Positions 51,752-62,231 of a DNA stretch of 64,000 nucleotides are shown in pieces. Origin of the DNA: an uncultured delta proteobacterium (lineage in GTDB: Bacteria > Myxococcota > Myxococcia > Myxococcales > Myxococcaceae). The stretch lies in assembly GCA_963713045.1 (NCBI GenBank), contig CAVQKE010000007.1, forward strand, positions 160,001-224,000, in the 5' to 3' direction. Both the position numbers and the translations under genes were made by a program. The notes under the pieces were generated by a model. That model worked only from the letters and a program-made list of their open reading frames with translations, was not told where the DNA came from and made no database searches. The first letter of the stretch is position 1; each line of letters starts with the position of its first letter.

Positions 51752-51935
51752 CGAACGTCATTTCGAACGTCCTGCTCGGAGCATCTGGAAGCCCGGTCCT
51801 GAGGTCTCGACGTCGGGCGAAGAGTACTGCCAAGACCCCGCAGTGACGCTCAGGAGCCGGGGCGGCCTTCCCAAGCTCGGGGTCGCGGGTTCGAGTCCCG
51901 TCCGCCGCTCTAGTCGTTCTCCCTCGGTCCAGACG
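51752..51935 (+). repeat. att junction E: full arm + tRNA-Gly 3' half (51867-51909) + type-2 right flank
   Basis: Boxes at 51753, 51765 and 51845; tRNA fragment with 1 mismatch; ctagtcgttctccctcggtcca flank. Confidence 0.9.
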
Positions 51936-52168
51936 AGGAAGTATCTTCCTGCACCACCATCCGACAGCTGGAATTTAGGCTTCCAAACAGGGCGGGGCTG
52001 ATTTCAGCCTCGTGGTCACCGTTCTCGCGGGGCGTAATCTTGCGAAGCAAGGCAAGGGAGCCGCCACATGAAGGGCACCAGGGGACCGCAATGGATTGGA
52101 AGATGGGCCGGAGGTCGCATCAAGCAGACCGCCGAACCGAGGCCGGATCCTGAGCCGCGCTCAGGTCA

Positions 52169-52567
52169 TCAGGTCTGCCGGCGGTCGAGGGCGGCAATCT
52201 GGATCAGATTGCCGCAACTATCGTTCAGCCTTGCGACGGTCGAGCCGGTCACCTTGGTCGGCGGCATGGTGAACTCCGCCCTCAGCGGTTTCATACGGTC
52301 GTACTCCCGCTGAACGTCATCCACGTAGAACACAGCGGCCGGCTGGCCCTGCTCGAACATCGCCTGCTGGTAGGCCCGAGCGGCCGGATTGTCGTTTGGG
52401 GCCAGCTGCAGCTGAGTGCCATCCGGCTCCTCTGCTGAGGCAACGGTCAACCACCTGAACGGCCCTTGGGTGACGTCCGCCTTCTTCACGAAACCCATAA
52501 CCTCGGTATAGAAGCGCAGCGCTTTCTCCTGGTCGTTCACGTAGATGCTGATAACTTTGATCTTCAT
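52169..52567 (-). CDS. VOC/glyoxalase family protein
   Basis: VNDQEKALRFYTEVMGF, RWLTV, DSCGNLIQI. Confidence 0.9.
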   Translation of the reverse strand: MKIKVISIYVNDQEKALRFYTEVMGFVKKADVTQGPFRWLTVASAEEPDGTQLQLAPNDNPAARAYQQAMFEQGQPAAVFYVDDVQREYDRMKPLRAEFTMPPTKVTGSTVARLNDSCGNLIQIAALDRRQT

Positions 52568-52677
52568 GGCGAATTCCTCCTCTCACATTGTGCGGTGTGG
52601 GTTCGTCACCTATCTACCCCCGTGTACAGGGCTAGGCATGGATCAATGAGGTTTCAAGGGCAGCCCGAAAAACGCGA

Positions 52678-53040
52678 ATGAGCCGGGTGGGAACTCCAGT
52701 CTCAAGGCAGGCGAGAGTACTGCGGGACTATGCTCCCCAATACGCGGACCCGATTCAGGCTGAGCGTGGTGAAAAGGTGACGGTCGGAGCGGAGGATGAA
52801 AAGTTCCGAGGTTGGAAATGGTGCAGAGCTTCGGACGGTCATGAAGGTTGGGTGCCGGTCGAAATCATCTCGGCCGAGGGCTCAGAGGGAGTCGTGCTCG
52901 AGAGTTACTCAGCCGTCGAACTCAATGTCGTCTCCGGCGAGATCGTAACGGTGGAACTCGAGCGCAGCGATTGGTTGTTGGTACGCAGCCGCGATAAGAA
53001 GGGTTGGATTCCCGCCTCGCATGTAGAGCCACTTGAGTAG
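52678..53040 (+). CDS. Tandem SH3-domain protein
   Basis: GWKWC..EGWVP and ELNVVSGE..KGWIP. Confidence 0.82.
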   Translation: MSRVGTPVSRQARVLRDYAPQYADPIQAERGEKVTVGAEDEKFRGWKWCRASDGHEGWVPVEIISAEGSEGVVLESYSAVELNVVSGEIVTVELERSDWLLVRSRDKKGWIPASHVEPLE

Positions 53041-53562
53041 AGCCTTCGCGAGCGCTCAGTGCGAGCCAAGAGCGTCCCGCGCAAGTCCGCGACGTTCCGT
53101 AGAGCGCACAGCGAATGGATCGTGTCGGACGGTGGCGGCGGCGAGCCGAATCTGTGTTCGATTTGTGTTCAATGCCGCGAACTCAGGCGGATGACTCTGG
53201 ACTCCGTGCCTAGTCGGAAGGCGAATTTTCTGCATAGAACCCCTCGGAGTTACTCAAAGGCGGACCCTTCCGAACTTCGCTGGACGAGGGCGGATTTTCC
53301 TGGCCCGGTTTTCGCAGCGTTCTACTTGCGGCTCCTGAAGCGTCCATGAGCGCAGCCGCCGCAATGCGCCGGCCCACCGAGCTCGCTTACAGGTTGTCCG
53401 GTGATCGAGGTGCTGAGGGCTGAAGGCGTGGGAAAGGCGCTCGGTAGAGCAAAAACCAGGCAACGGGTTAGCTCCCCTCAGTTCAGTCGAATATCGCTTC
53501 CTTCGGCGTTCCAGGCGCTCACACTTGGAGCGGCCAAGGCGGAGAAGTAGCGTCCGGGCACA

Positions 53563-55371
53563 GTGAGAGCCCCCTCGAGTCTTGAGCGCCTGCCGGCACG
53601 AATGACATTTGCGGCGTTGGCCGTCGGCGTTGCCACTGGAGTGGGCGCTGTCATCTTTCGAGCACTCATTGGGTTATTCCACAACCTGTTCTTCTTCGGC
53701 AGGCTCTCTTTCATTTACGACGCGAGCCTCCATACGGCACCGAGCACGTGGGGCGTCTGGGTCATCGTGATGCCGGTGTTAGGCGCGCTGTGCGTCGCTT
53801 TTCTCGTCAAGACCTTCGCGCCCGAAGCAAAGGGCCATGGCGTGCCCGAGGTCATTGACACGATCTACTACCAACGAGGAGCCATCCGCCCGGTGGTCGC
53901 CGCGATCAAGTCCCTCGCGTCGTCCCTTACGATCGGGTCCGGCGGCTCCGTCGGGCGAGAGGGACCGATCGTCCAGATTGGCTCCGCTATCGGTTCGACG
54001 CTTGGAAAGATCTTCCGAATGCTCGAATGGGAGCGCATCACGCTCGTCGCCTGTGGCGCAGCAGGCGGCATCGCGGCCACCTTCAACACTCCGATCGGCG
54101 GTCTTCTCTTTGCCGTCGAGCTGCTCGCCCCCGAGATCAGCGCGCGTACACTAATACCGATCGCACTCGCCGCCGGATGCGCCACGTCTGTCGGCCGTTG
54201 GTATTTCGGAGATCACCCAGCTTTCGACATCCCCGGGCTGGCCCTTCCGCTAGCGCATCAGTTCACGCTGGGCGCGGTCTCAGCGTATGTGGTGCTTGGA
54301 CTCATTCTGGGCCTCGTCTCCGCGGTGTTCATCCGAAGCATCTATAGCGTCGAGGATTTATTCGACCGAATGCCCGGGAATTACTACATCCGCCATACGC
54401 TCGGTATGCTCCTGGTCGGCATTCTCATGTACTTGTGCCTGCGGTACTTCGGGCACTACTACATCGAGGGCGTCGGCTACGCCACGATCCAGGACGTGCT
54501 GGACGGTGGCCCGTTGTTGCCCTCCCTGCTGTTTGTCCTCTTTGTACTCAAGATGCTCGCCACCGCGTTGACGCTGGGGTCAGGAGGTTCTGGCGGGATC
54601 TTCTCGCCTTCATTGTTCCTAGGGGCGACGTTCGGGGCCGCTTACGCGCTGTTTGTTGAACGCTATCTTCCGACAGGTATCGAAGCCGCGAGTACGGCGG
54701 TGATCGGGATGGCGTGCATGGTGGGGGCAACGACCGGAGCCGCCGTGACAGCGATCGTGATGATCTTCGAGATGACTCGCGATTACAACGTCATCATCCC
54801 AGTCATGGTCAGCGTGTCATGCGCTTACGGCATCCGTACGTTTCTGCTCGCCGACAACATCTATACGATGAAGCTCACCCGCCGTGGGCACTTCGTCCCA
54901 ACGTCCTTCAACACTGGGATGTACATGCTTCGCAGCGTAGGCGAATTCGCGTCTCGCGAAATTCGCCTAATCGATGCCGACGCCACCATGCATGCTCTTG
55001 GCTTGTCTCGCTTCTCCTCTATCCCGCACGTTCTCTTGGTGAAAGACCATAAGCTACGCGGGGTCGTGCCATCTGCACGCATCGCGCGAATGCGGCGCTC
55101 GGGCGATCTTGACCGACGACTGGTAGAGGAGGCCGATGAAGGGTACGTGCTCGTCGCTTCTAAGACCGAGCTCTTCCTTGTAATTGCACGGATGCGAGAA
55201 CACGGCAAAGAGGTTGCGGTTATCACGCAAACCGGAAACCTCCACAGGGCGGAAGATGTGGTGGGCGTGCTTACGTGGAGGGACGTATCGCGTCACGCCG
55301 GTAACCTGCTTGAACGCCTCCAGCCGAACCGCGGCGAGGGCGATCCGGCGGCTCGCGATCGTCGGGCCTAG
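53563..55371 (+). CDS. ClC chloride channel/antiporter with CBS-like C-terminus
   Basis: GHGVPE, GSVGREGP, FNTP, GGIFSP. Confidence 0.92.
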   Translation: MRAPSSLERLPARMTFAALAVGVATGVGAVIFRALIGLFHNLFFFGRLSFIYDASLHTAPSTWGVWVIVMPVLGALCVAFLVKTFAPEAKGHGVPEVIDTIYYQRGAIRPVVAAIKSLASSLTIGSGGSVGREGPIVQIGSAIGSTLGKIFRMLEWERITLVACGAAGGIAATFNTPIGGLLFAVELLAPEISARTLIPIALAAGCATSVGRWYFGDHPAFDIPGLALPLAHQFTLGAVSAYVVLGLILGLVSAVFIRSIYSVEDLFDRMPGNYYIRHTLGMLLVGILMYLCLRYFGHYYIEGVGYATIQDVLDGGPLLPSLLFVLFVLKMLATALTLGSGGSGGIFSPSLFLGATFGAAYALFVERYLPTGIEAASTAVIGMACMVGATTGAAVTAIVMIFEMTRDYNVIIPVMVSVSCAYGIRTFLLADNIYTMKLTRRGHFVPTSFNTGMYMLRSVGEFASREIRLIDADATMHALGLSRFSSIPHVLLVKDHKLRGVVPSARIARMRRSGDLDRRLVEEADEGYVLVASKTELFLVIARMREHGKEVAVITQTGNLHRAEDVVGVLTWRDVSRHAGNLLERLQPNRGEGDPAARDRRA

Positions 55372-55501
55372 GAGCAACTGATTCGAGTCGAGGTCCGAGT
55401 TCGGTGGGATGCCCGTCCGACTCCACTCGCCTTGCGGCATGTCGGCGAGCCCCCACGTTGGACGCGTCTCCTCGTTGGCCCGGGGTGCTCTGACGGCTCG
55501 G

Positions 55502-56452
55502 TCATTCGCGGTGTCGACTCCGATCACCCAGAGGCGCCGCTGTTGACGATGAAGCCGGCCGATTCAGATCTCCGCGGGCCGCGCTCACTAATGTCGCGAC
55601 CGCCGGGTGTTCGATGCGTCGGCCGGAAGTCACCGCGTAGAACCTGTCCTGAATGCCGTTACATCGTCCGACGAGCCTGACGTCATGCAGGTCCTCGACC
55701 TCGGCCTTGAGCGCTGCACGAACAGGGAAGATTCCTCGCCCAGCGCTTCCGAAGACTCGGAGCAGACCAGCATCGTCAACCTCCGCCCGAATGACGACCT
55801 CGACGTCTTGCTGCGCAAACCACTCGTCCAAACGCCGACGCAATGGCGCGCCGCTCGGGGGAACAATCACGGGGAGCCTGGCGAGAGAACTGGGAAACCT
55901 TCGGCGCGCGACGCGGGCAAGGTCTGCTCTCCCGTACAGCAAGATGTCCGTCTCGCCGAGCAGGTGGCAATGCATACGGCTTCCTGGCGGTATAGTGGGC
56001 ACGTCGTTCGTGAGCGCGACGTGCATCCGACCCGCCGCTAAGCTCGAGACCAAACTTTGTGGCGAGTCCTGACGGATGATCGCAATCCCCTTGGTCTGAT
56101 CCAGGGCTGGGGCGAGCAAATGGTGGACGAGCGTCTTCGGAATCCCGGCCACCACACCCACTCGGAGCGTCTCGCGCCCAGTCCCGGGTCGACCTCGTGC
56201 GACGTCGGTTAGCTCACGACCCAGCCGAAAAATGTCAGCAGCGTACGCAGCCGCGTCAACTCCAAATGGCGTGAGCACCAAGCGCTTGCCCTGGCGGTCG
56301 AAGAGCGGCGAGCCCAAGTGCGCCTCCAGTGCGCGGAGTTGAGCGCTCAGCGTCGAATGGGTGAGCCGTAGTTTGCGCCCGGCTGCTGCGACGCCCCCCT
56401 CTTGGGTGATGACCCAAAAATAGAAGAGGTGATGATAGTTGAGCCATTCCAT
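55502..56452 (-). CDS. LysR family regulator (NhaR-like)
   Basis: MEWLNYHHLFYFW N-terminus typical of NhaR-like proteins; LysR HTH. Confidence 0.88.
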   Translation of the reverse strand: MEWLNYHHLFYFWVITQEGGVAAAGRKLRLTHSTLSAQLRALEAHLGSPLFDRQGKRLVLTPFGVDAAAYAADIFRLGRELTDVARGRPGTGRETLRVGVVAGIPKTLVHHLLAPALDQTKGIAIIRQDSPQSLVSSLAAGRMHVALTNDVPTIPPGSRMHCHLLGETDILLYGRADLARVARRRFPSSLARLPVIVPPSGAPLRRRLDEWFAQQDVEVVIRAEVDDAGLLRVFGSAGRGIFPVRAALKAEVEDLHDVRLVGRCNGIQDRFYAVTSGRRIEHPAVATLVSAARGDLNRPASSSTAAPLGDRSRHRE

Positions 56453-56493
56453 GGCATGTCATTCCAAGCGACGATACATGTCAATCTTTCGTT

Positions 56494-57519
56494 ATGGACG
56501 ACAACCAGACCGCGGGATATCCCTTGAACGAAGACAATGAATGTTCCGACACCAAAGGGAAGCCCATGGCATTGACAGAAAGACAGGACACTTTCCAGCC
56601 GGCGGCTCGGCCTGGCGTTGATTTCGGTTCTAGCGAACCTCTATCGACACTAAGCTCCGCGCGGATACGTATTCTCTTCGCCTTTGAGAAACCAACCTTC
56701 CCCAGTGTAAGCCTGCGAAGGGCGTTCGAGCTCGCACAGCAACTCGATGGTGACCTCTGCCTCTTGCGAGTCGTTCCACCAATCGGCAGCGTCGGTTCCA
56801 GTGACACAAACCGAAGCACCCGGGACGTCATTGCGACCCGTCGCTGGGCGGGCGAGACCCTCGGCGCCAACTTCTCGGGGCAGCGTCTTCAAGTGCGAAC
56901 GGGGGCCTTCGTAGAGCAGACTGCCTCGCACGCACGCCAGCTTGGCGCGGATTTGATTGCGATGCCCCCCGGCCAGCGAGGATTTGGAACGACTGTCACC
57001 ACGCTCGCAGAAGTCTCCCGCCTGCCCGTCTTTGTGGCTCGCGCGAGCAGGTCGCATGGAGCAATCATCGCCGCAACAGACCTCGAGGACGCGGAGTATC
57101 CTGTCCTCCGGAAAGCCGCTGAGCTGGCTGTACAGCTCGATGCGCCCGTTGTCGCCGTACACAACCTGTCGCACATAGATTTGATGACCGGCCCCGGTGC
57201 TGCTTGGACGATGACCGTGACGCCGAATCCGGAACTACGAGAGCTCTATCGGCAGAAATTGGTACGCGTGTCGAAGCGTCTCCAAGCTCACGCAGCGACA
57301 GTGGTGGCGAGCGAAGAGAGTCCAGTCGATGCGATTCTTCGAGAAGCCAGATTGCGCAATGCCGATGTGGTGGTTGTAGGGACACATCGCTCGTGGTTCG
57401 CTCGGGTGATCGGTGCCAGCGTCGCCGCGCAGGTCGTTAATCAGGCGTGGCGCTCCGTGTTGGTCACTCCACTCGACGCATCTCCATGGCCAATGACGGC
57501 ACCACCCGAGCGCGCCTGA
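56494..57519 (+). CDS. Tandem universal stress protein
   Basis: IIAATD, ADVVVVGTH, ASVAAQVV..SVLV. Start uncertain. Confidence 0.8.
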   Translation: MDDNQTAGYPLNEDNECSDTKGKPMALTERQDTFQPAARPGVDFGSSEPLSTLSSARIRILFAFEKPTFPSVSLRRAFELAQQLDGDLCLLRVVPPIGSVGSSDTNRSTRDVIATRRWAGETLGANFSGQRLQVRTGAFVEQTASHARQLGADLIAMPPGQRGFGTTVTTLAEVSRLPVFVARASRSHGAIIAATDLEDAEYPVLRKAAELAVQLDAPVVAVHNLSHIDLMTGPGAAWTMTVTPNPELRELYRQKLVRVSKRLQAHAATVVASEESPVDAILREARLRNADVVVVGTHRSWFARVIGASVAAQVVNQAWRSVLVTPLDASPWPMTAPPERA

Positions 57520-57975
57520 GGTGGTCGCGCAGGCGGCTGCACTGCGGCCCGGGAGCCTGCGCTGCCAAACGCTGCGAGTCGAAAACTTACAAGGTGCGGG
57601 CGAGTCACCGGCGCTTTCCAAAAACAAATCCACCGAACGTACCGCTGGGAGCTCCCCGGAGAGGGATTTCGGGGCTTAGCCCTGGTGTCGGGAATGCATT
57701 TGTTCGAAGGAGCCGTTGCCCGAAGGGAGGAGACGCGGATTGAGCGCGAGCTTTTTAGCCGATGCTCACTTTTCTAAATCTTTAAGGTCACGCTCAGGTC
57801 AGTTCGCCCGTGGTCGAGCGGACGTGATTGTGCCGGGTCTCGAGGTGACTCGGGCCTGTCGGCGTGACCGGAGCCGGCGGGGTGGTGGTTGCCCCTGCCC
57901 GGATGGGTGGCGTCAGCTTCGCAACTTGTGGCTGTCGTCGACCAGATCCCTAATCTCTAGCTCGAGGCCGATCCG

Positions 57976-58501
57976 CTAGTTCCGTGGCTTCTTCGACGGG
58001 GTGTTTGCGGCCTTCTTCGTCGATCCCTTCTTCCCCCCGACGAAGGGCATGGCCGCGGCCTGTTTCATCCAGGAGGCCACCTGGCGCTCGTCGAGATGGT
58101 CCAACGATGCCAGCTCGACGCCACGTGTGGACTTGCCCATCCCGATCGGTGTGACCGGCGGTTCCGGCTTGATCTCCATGCCACGTATGAACATCAGCTT
58201 GACGTGTCCGACAAAGGCGCCGGACGAGAAGCACCAGCCCTCGCCCACGCCGTAGTACGCCATTCCCCATTTTCCCAGCGCGCCGAAGGTCGGGCAACGT
58301 CTTGGTCGCCAGGGCATCGATGCGCTCGGCAATACCGCGCTGCGGCTGCGGCAGGCTGGCGATGTAGGCGAAGACGGGTTCGTCGCCATCAGCGGCCTTC
58401 GCGGCGCTTGCCTTTCCCGTCATGGCAACCAGCAGCTTCGTGATGGCTTTGCCGTCGGAGGTCTTCTTGCCCTTGGCCTTGTGCGCGACGATATGCTTCA
58501 C
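57976..58501 (-). pseudogene. DUF1801 family protein (frameshift near 58275)
   Basis: VFAYIASLPQPQR.. continues in another frame as KWGMAYYG..HVKLMF. Confidence 0.75.
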
Positions 58502-58603
58502 CGGGTTCCTTTCTTGAGCTGCCGGGCGAGCGCCCAGAGGTACCAGCACGATGGCAACCTATCGTCGTGTGGGCCCGCTGTATATGAAGGACGCGCTTCG
58601 CGT

Positions 58604-59167
58604 CTAGCGCCTCTCCAGGAACCCTCTGCCTTCGAATATCGCCGGCATCGCCCTTTCGATTCGCGCCACCCGCGTCGCCGGCTGCTTGGCCGCGGCGAAG
58701 TGGTAGAGGTAACCTCTCTGCCGCCCCGGCGTCAGCGCTTCGAAGGCGCGCTTGAAACGTGGGTCCCTCCGGAACCGCTCCGTCAACTCATCGGGAACAG
58801 GAAAATCTGCGGTCTTCTTCCGCTCCATCCGCAGCCCAGCCTGCTCGACTGCGATGGCCTCGCGCACGTAGGCCTTGATGATCGCCGCCTTCGCCGTGAT
58901 GTCCTTCATGCTGGTGAACTTCATCACCCGCCCGGCTTGCACTTGACCGAGCTGCACGAGCACCTTCTTGGGGTCCTTCAGCAGAGCGCCCTGAAAGAGG
59001 CCCAGACCGAAGTAGTCCTTGAAGCCCTGCATGATGACGATGTTCCTCCCATCCACCGTGTAGGTGGGCTTGCCCCACTTACACTCCTCCTTCATCGCAA
59101 AGCCGGCGAGCACACGCCGCATCACCGCGATCTCCGCCTCCCACCGCTCCTGATACGCCATCTTCAT
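58604..59167 (-). CDS. YdeI/OmpD-associated (DUF1801) family protein
   Basis: EECKWGKPTY, GALLKDP, FEALTPGRQRGY. Confidence 0.88.
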   Translation of the reverse strand: MKMAYQERWEAEIAVMRRVLAGFAMKEECKWGKPTYTVDGRNIVIMQGFKDYFGLGLFQGALLKDPKKVLVQLGQVQAGRVMKFTSMKDITAKAAIIKAYVREAIAVEQAGLRMERKKTADFPVPDELTERFRRDPRFKRAFEALTPGRQRGYLYHFAAAKQPATRVARIERAMPAIFEGRGFLERR

Positions 59168-59226
59168 GCCAGCGCCGTCATCCATAGTATTTGGCGCAAT
59201 TAGACGCGCCTGAATCTGCCGTGCCG

Positions 59227-59445
59227 TTAGGTCGCAGCTCCCGGGGGGTGCTCCGCGAACCACTGCGAGATGGCCGGCATTTCCTTCTCGAACCCGCTGC
59301 GATTGTTGAAGCTGAGGATCCCCGCGCGGGCCGCGCTTCGATTCTCGAAATCGTGCGTCGTTCGACCGGGGATGAGGATGAACGTTCCTCTTGGCGCAGC
59401 AATCCAGCCCCCGTCGAGGAAGACGTTCATGGTCCCGTCGATGAA
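59227..59445 (-). pseudogene. Cupin-domain protein, 3' fragment
   Basis: F..DGTMNV..APRGTFILIPGRTTHDFENRS; the N-terminal half is missing. Confidence 0.65.
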
Positions 59446-59453
59446 CGCGGAAG

Positions 59454-60116
59454 TCAGGCCCGAACCGTACGGACTTTCCAGGCGCTGCCGCTCGGCCGGT
59501 GGTTGATATCCCGCGGCAGAAGCACCAAGTCGGCCGCTTGCTCAGCATCCCTGAGAAGCGTTCTGCGCGGCGTGCCCATCCTTGCACGTACGGTCAAACC
59601 ACGGACAATGTCAGTGACTTGGATCGCGCGCACGGCTACTGGAAAGTCAGGGGGGATGTCTCCCACACAGATCCCGTCCCGGAAACGCCGCTCCACCACC
59701 GCCGCGGAGCCCGCGACCGTGCTCTGCAGGAACCGCCGAACCTCAGCGTCGTCCACAAGCGGCGCGACGCACACCAGAAGGCAGCCCCGGGCGGACCCTT
59801 TCTCGGTCGCACTTTCGACGGCGTACCTCAGAAAGCCCGCGATCGAGTCGCGAAGACCCTGTGGCGAGAGGAGTGCCTTCGCGGCTGATGCGCCCTTCCG
59901 TTCTGCGTACGCCCTAAGGACGCGCAAGAATATCGCCCGCTTGTCCCCAAAGACGGCATACAGGCTCGGCCGTCCCACACCCATCCCGGCGACGAGATCG
60001 TCAATCGTCACTCCGTCGTAGCCTTTCGACCAGAAGACCTGCGTCGCCTTTTCCAGCGCCCCCTTCTCGTCAAAGCTGCGCGGTCGTCCTCGCGGCCTAG
60101 CCGTATTTTGAATCAT
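59454..60116 (-). CDS. TetR/AcrR family regulator
   Basis: RGRPRSFD, FWSKGYDG, SLYAVFGDK. Confidence 0.9.
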   Translation of the reverse strand: MIQNTARPRGRPRSFDEKGALEKATQVFWSKGYDGVTIDDLVAGMGVGRPSLYAVFGDKRAIFLRVLRAYAERKGASAAKALLSPQGLRDSIAGFLRYAVESATEKGSARGCLLVCVAPLVDDAEVRRFLQSTVAGSAAVVERRFRDGICVGDIPPDFPVAVRAIQVTDIVRGLTVRARMGTPRRTLLRDAEQAADLVLLPRDINHRPSGSAWKVRTVRA

Positions 60117-60172
60117 TTGGTTCAAAACTCATTGACAATGGCAATCGCATCAATATATAACCGAACAGTTCG
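60106..60172 (+). promoter_or_regulatory. Divergent TetR/SDR promoter with palindromes
   Basis: TTGACA (60132) and TATAAC (60156); palindromes TTTTGAA..TTCAAAA and CGAACAGTTCG. Confidence 0.55.
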
Positions 60173-60243
60173 AAATTAGCAAGCCGGTCCTGGCCTCGCG
60201 GGGCCTCACGACTCGACCTTTCCCCTTCACCACGGAGACGCCC

Positions 60244-61221
60244 ATGGAACATTCGATCGCGCTCGTCACCGGCGCCACCTCCGGGCTCGGTTATGCGGCA
60301 GCCCGCTTGCTCGCCATCGAGGGCTACCGCCAGGTCATCGTCACCGGACGCAGCCTGGCCCGGGTTCAAGAGACGGCCGCTCAGCTCGCGGCTGAGACCA
60401 AGACCCAGGTCTTCACCCCGCTGGAGCTGGATCTGGACACGCCGTCCAGCGTTCGGTCAGCCCTCGCCGAGCTCGTCAAGCGAGGTCGGCCGATCGATTT
60501 CCTGCTGCTCAATGCGGGGATGGTCCCAGGTAAGAAGCGCGTGCTCACTGCGGCGGGGTTCGAGGCTTCTCAGGCCCCGCTAATCGGCCATCATCAACTG
60601 ACTGTCGGGTTGCTCCGCGCCAACCTGCTGAGCCCCAACGCGCGGATTGTTATCGCCGGTGCGGAACCTGCCCGAGGGGGCGTACCCCTGTTCAGCTACA
60701 CCGACGTGCCAGCCTTCGCGGCCAAATATCACCAGGGTGACCGAACCGCCGCTGTTGAAGCCCTGGTGCGCAGCGGGCCGAACGTGAAGTACGTGCCCAA
60801 CCGGGCGTATGCCGACGCGAAGCTAATCATCGCTTGGTGGGTCGCGGCGCTGGCGCGCCGGCTCCCCTCCGGCATGGCCGTGTACGCTGTCTCGCCCGGT
60901 GCGGCGACCGACACCAAGGCGGTGCGAAACGCTGGCCCGGCGTTGAAGTATCTGTTTATCCCAATCGTGAACCTCATTCCCGGCATGAATCAGACGCCGG
61001 AGACCGCGGCCCGTCGGTACCTCCAGGCGTCGGAGTTCGGAACCGACGTCTCAGGGCAATTCTTCGCCTCGGCTCAAGGGAAGTTCACAGGCCCAATTGA
61101 GGCGCAGCGCCACCCACACCTCCACGATCGCGCCAGCCAGGAAGCCGCGTGGCAGGCCGTCGTCAAGGTCTCTGGCGTCGACTTCTCCTCCGCAGCACCC
61201 TTGAGCGCGGTGTCGCCCTGA
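60244..61221 (+). CDS. Short-chain dehydrogenase/reductase
   Basis: TGATSGLG, LNAG, YADAK (YxxxK). Confidence 0.9.
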   Translation: MEHSIALVTGATSGLGYAAARLLAIEGYRQVIVTGRSLARVQETAAQLAAETKTQVFTPLELDLDTPSSVRSALAELVKRGRPIDFLLLNAGMVPGKKRVLTAAGFEASQAPLIGHHQLTVGLLRANLLSPNARIVIAGAEPARGGVPLFSYTDVPAFAAKYHQGDRTAAVEALVRSGPNVKYVPNRAYADAKLIIAWWVAALARRLPSGMAVYAVSPGAATDTKAVRNAGPALKYLFIPIVNLIPGMNQTPETAARRYLQASEFGTDVSGQFFASAQGKFTGPIEAQRHPHLHDRASQEAAWQAVVKVSGVDFSSAAPLSAVSP

Positions 61222-61505
61222 TGGAGCACCCGCTCGCGGCTGAATTGAACGTGGTGACCCAAAATGAGCTGGCGAGGCCTGGGTAGCCATTCCTGCGCTT
61301 CGATCTCGTCGAAGATCTGCAGCGAGAGTCAGGGGGAATACGCACTGGAGCATATGGGCGCCGAGGCCAAAGACCTAATCGCCATGCTGGTCAAGCACCA
61401 CGTGGCCGTTACCTCGACGCTCCCGGTATTTGAATCTCGTCTCGACGGGCGTCCGCCGAGGGCGAATGCTCGAGTCGCTCCGTTCACGCCGCTACCCCTC
61501 GTGGT

Positions 61506-61863
61506 TCAACCTCTTCCCGCCTGCCGCGGGTCGGGGGTCTGGCTGAGATCCTCATCGAACAAGACCTCCGGGTACTTCTTCGCAACATTGAGAAGTTTTA
61601 GCGCGGCGTCCGATGGCTGGCGGGCGTCTGCCTCCCAAGAACGGTACGTGGGCTAACGTTCAGGATTCGGGCGAACGCGGCCTGTGACACGCGCATCCTC
61701 GCGCGGACTGCGACAACGTCCATTCGCTCTCATGGGCCGCGGGGGGCTTTAGCTCGACATCGCGGACAGTAAGCAGAGCCTTCCCACGGTGGTACGCGAT
61801 CGCGTCCTCAAGCCCAGCCTTGATCTTCGAGAAGGCACGGCTGCCAGGCGCCCTGCGCTTCAT
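61506..61863 (-). pseudogene. XRE HTH antitoxin, frameshifted
   Basis: IKAGLEDAIAY, VSQAAFARILNVSPRT and WEADARQPSDAALKLL across frames. Confidence 0.72.
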
Positions 61864-62081
61864 GGCGTCTCCTTCTTAAGTCGCCAAACCAATGCGGCGA
61901 CCTCCCGGCGCTCCGCCGTCGATAGGTCGGTTTTCTCCCGCTTTCCAAATATCGCAACCAGATGAGTGACCTGTCGTGCGGCAAGATCGAGGTAGTACAC
62001 GCGCACGCCTCCCCTGGTTCCACGTCCAACAGCTCGCTGACTAGCCCTTATCTCCCGTAAGCCTGACACCAGGTGGAACAC
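61860..62081 (-). pseudogene. RelE-like toxin, 3' fragment
   Basis: GRGTRGGVRVYY..LVAIFGKREKTDLS; N-terminus absent. Confidence 0.7.
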
Positions 62082-62231
62082 GGTTAAAAGGGGTTTCCTT
62101 TTGCGCCTGCTCAGGCTTTCTCTCGGCTACTTCCGAGACCGCGCGAGGCACCTGTTATGAGCCAGACCTTAGACATGGGATTGATTGGCAAATGCAGTCA
62201 TCGGCCAAGTGGGGCCACTCTCGCGCCATGA

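Noticed and set aside
50800..53480. Small ORFs such as 51230-51496 and 53059-53349 as genes
   Set aside because: No recognisable motifs; cannot be supported from the sequence alone.
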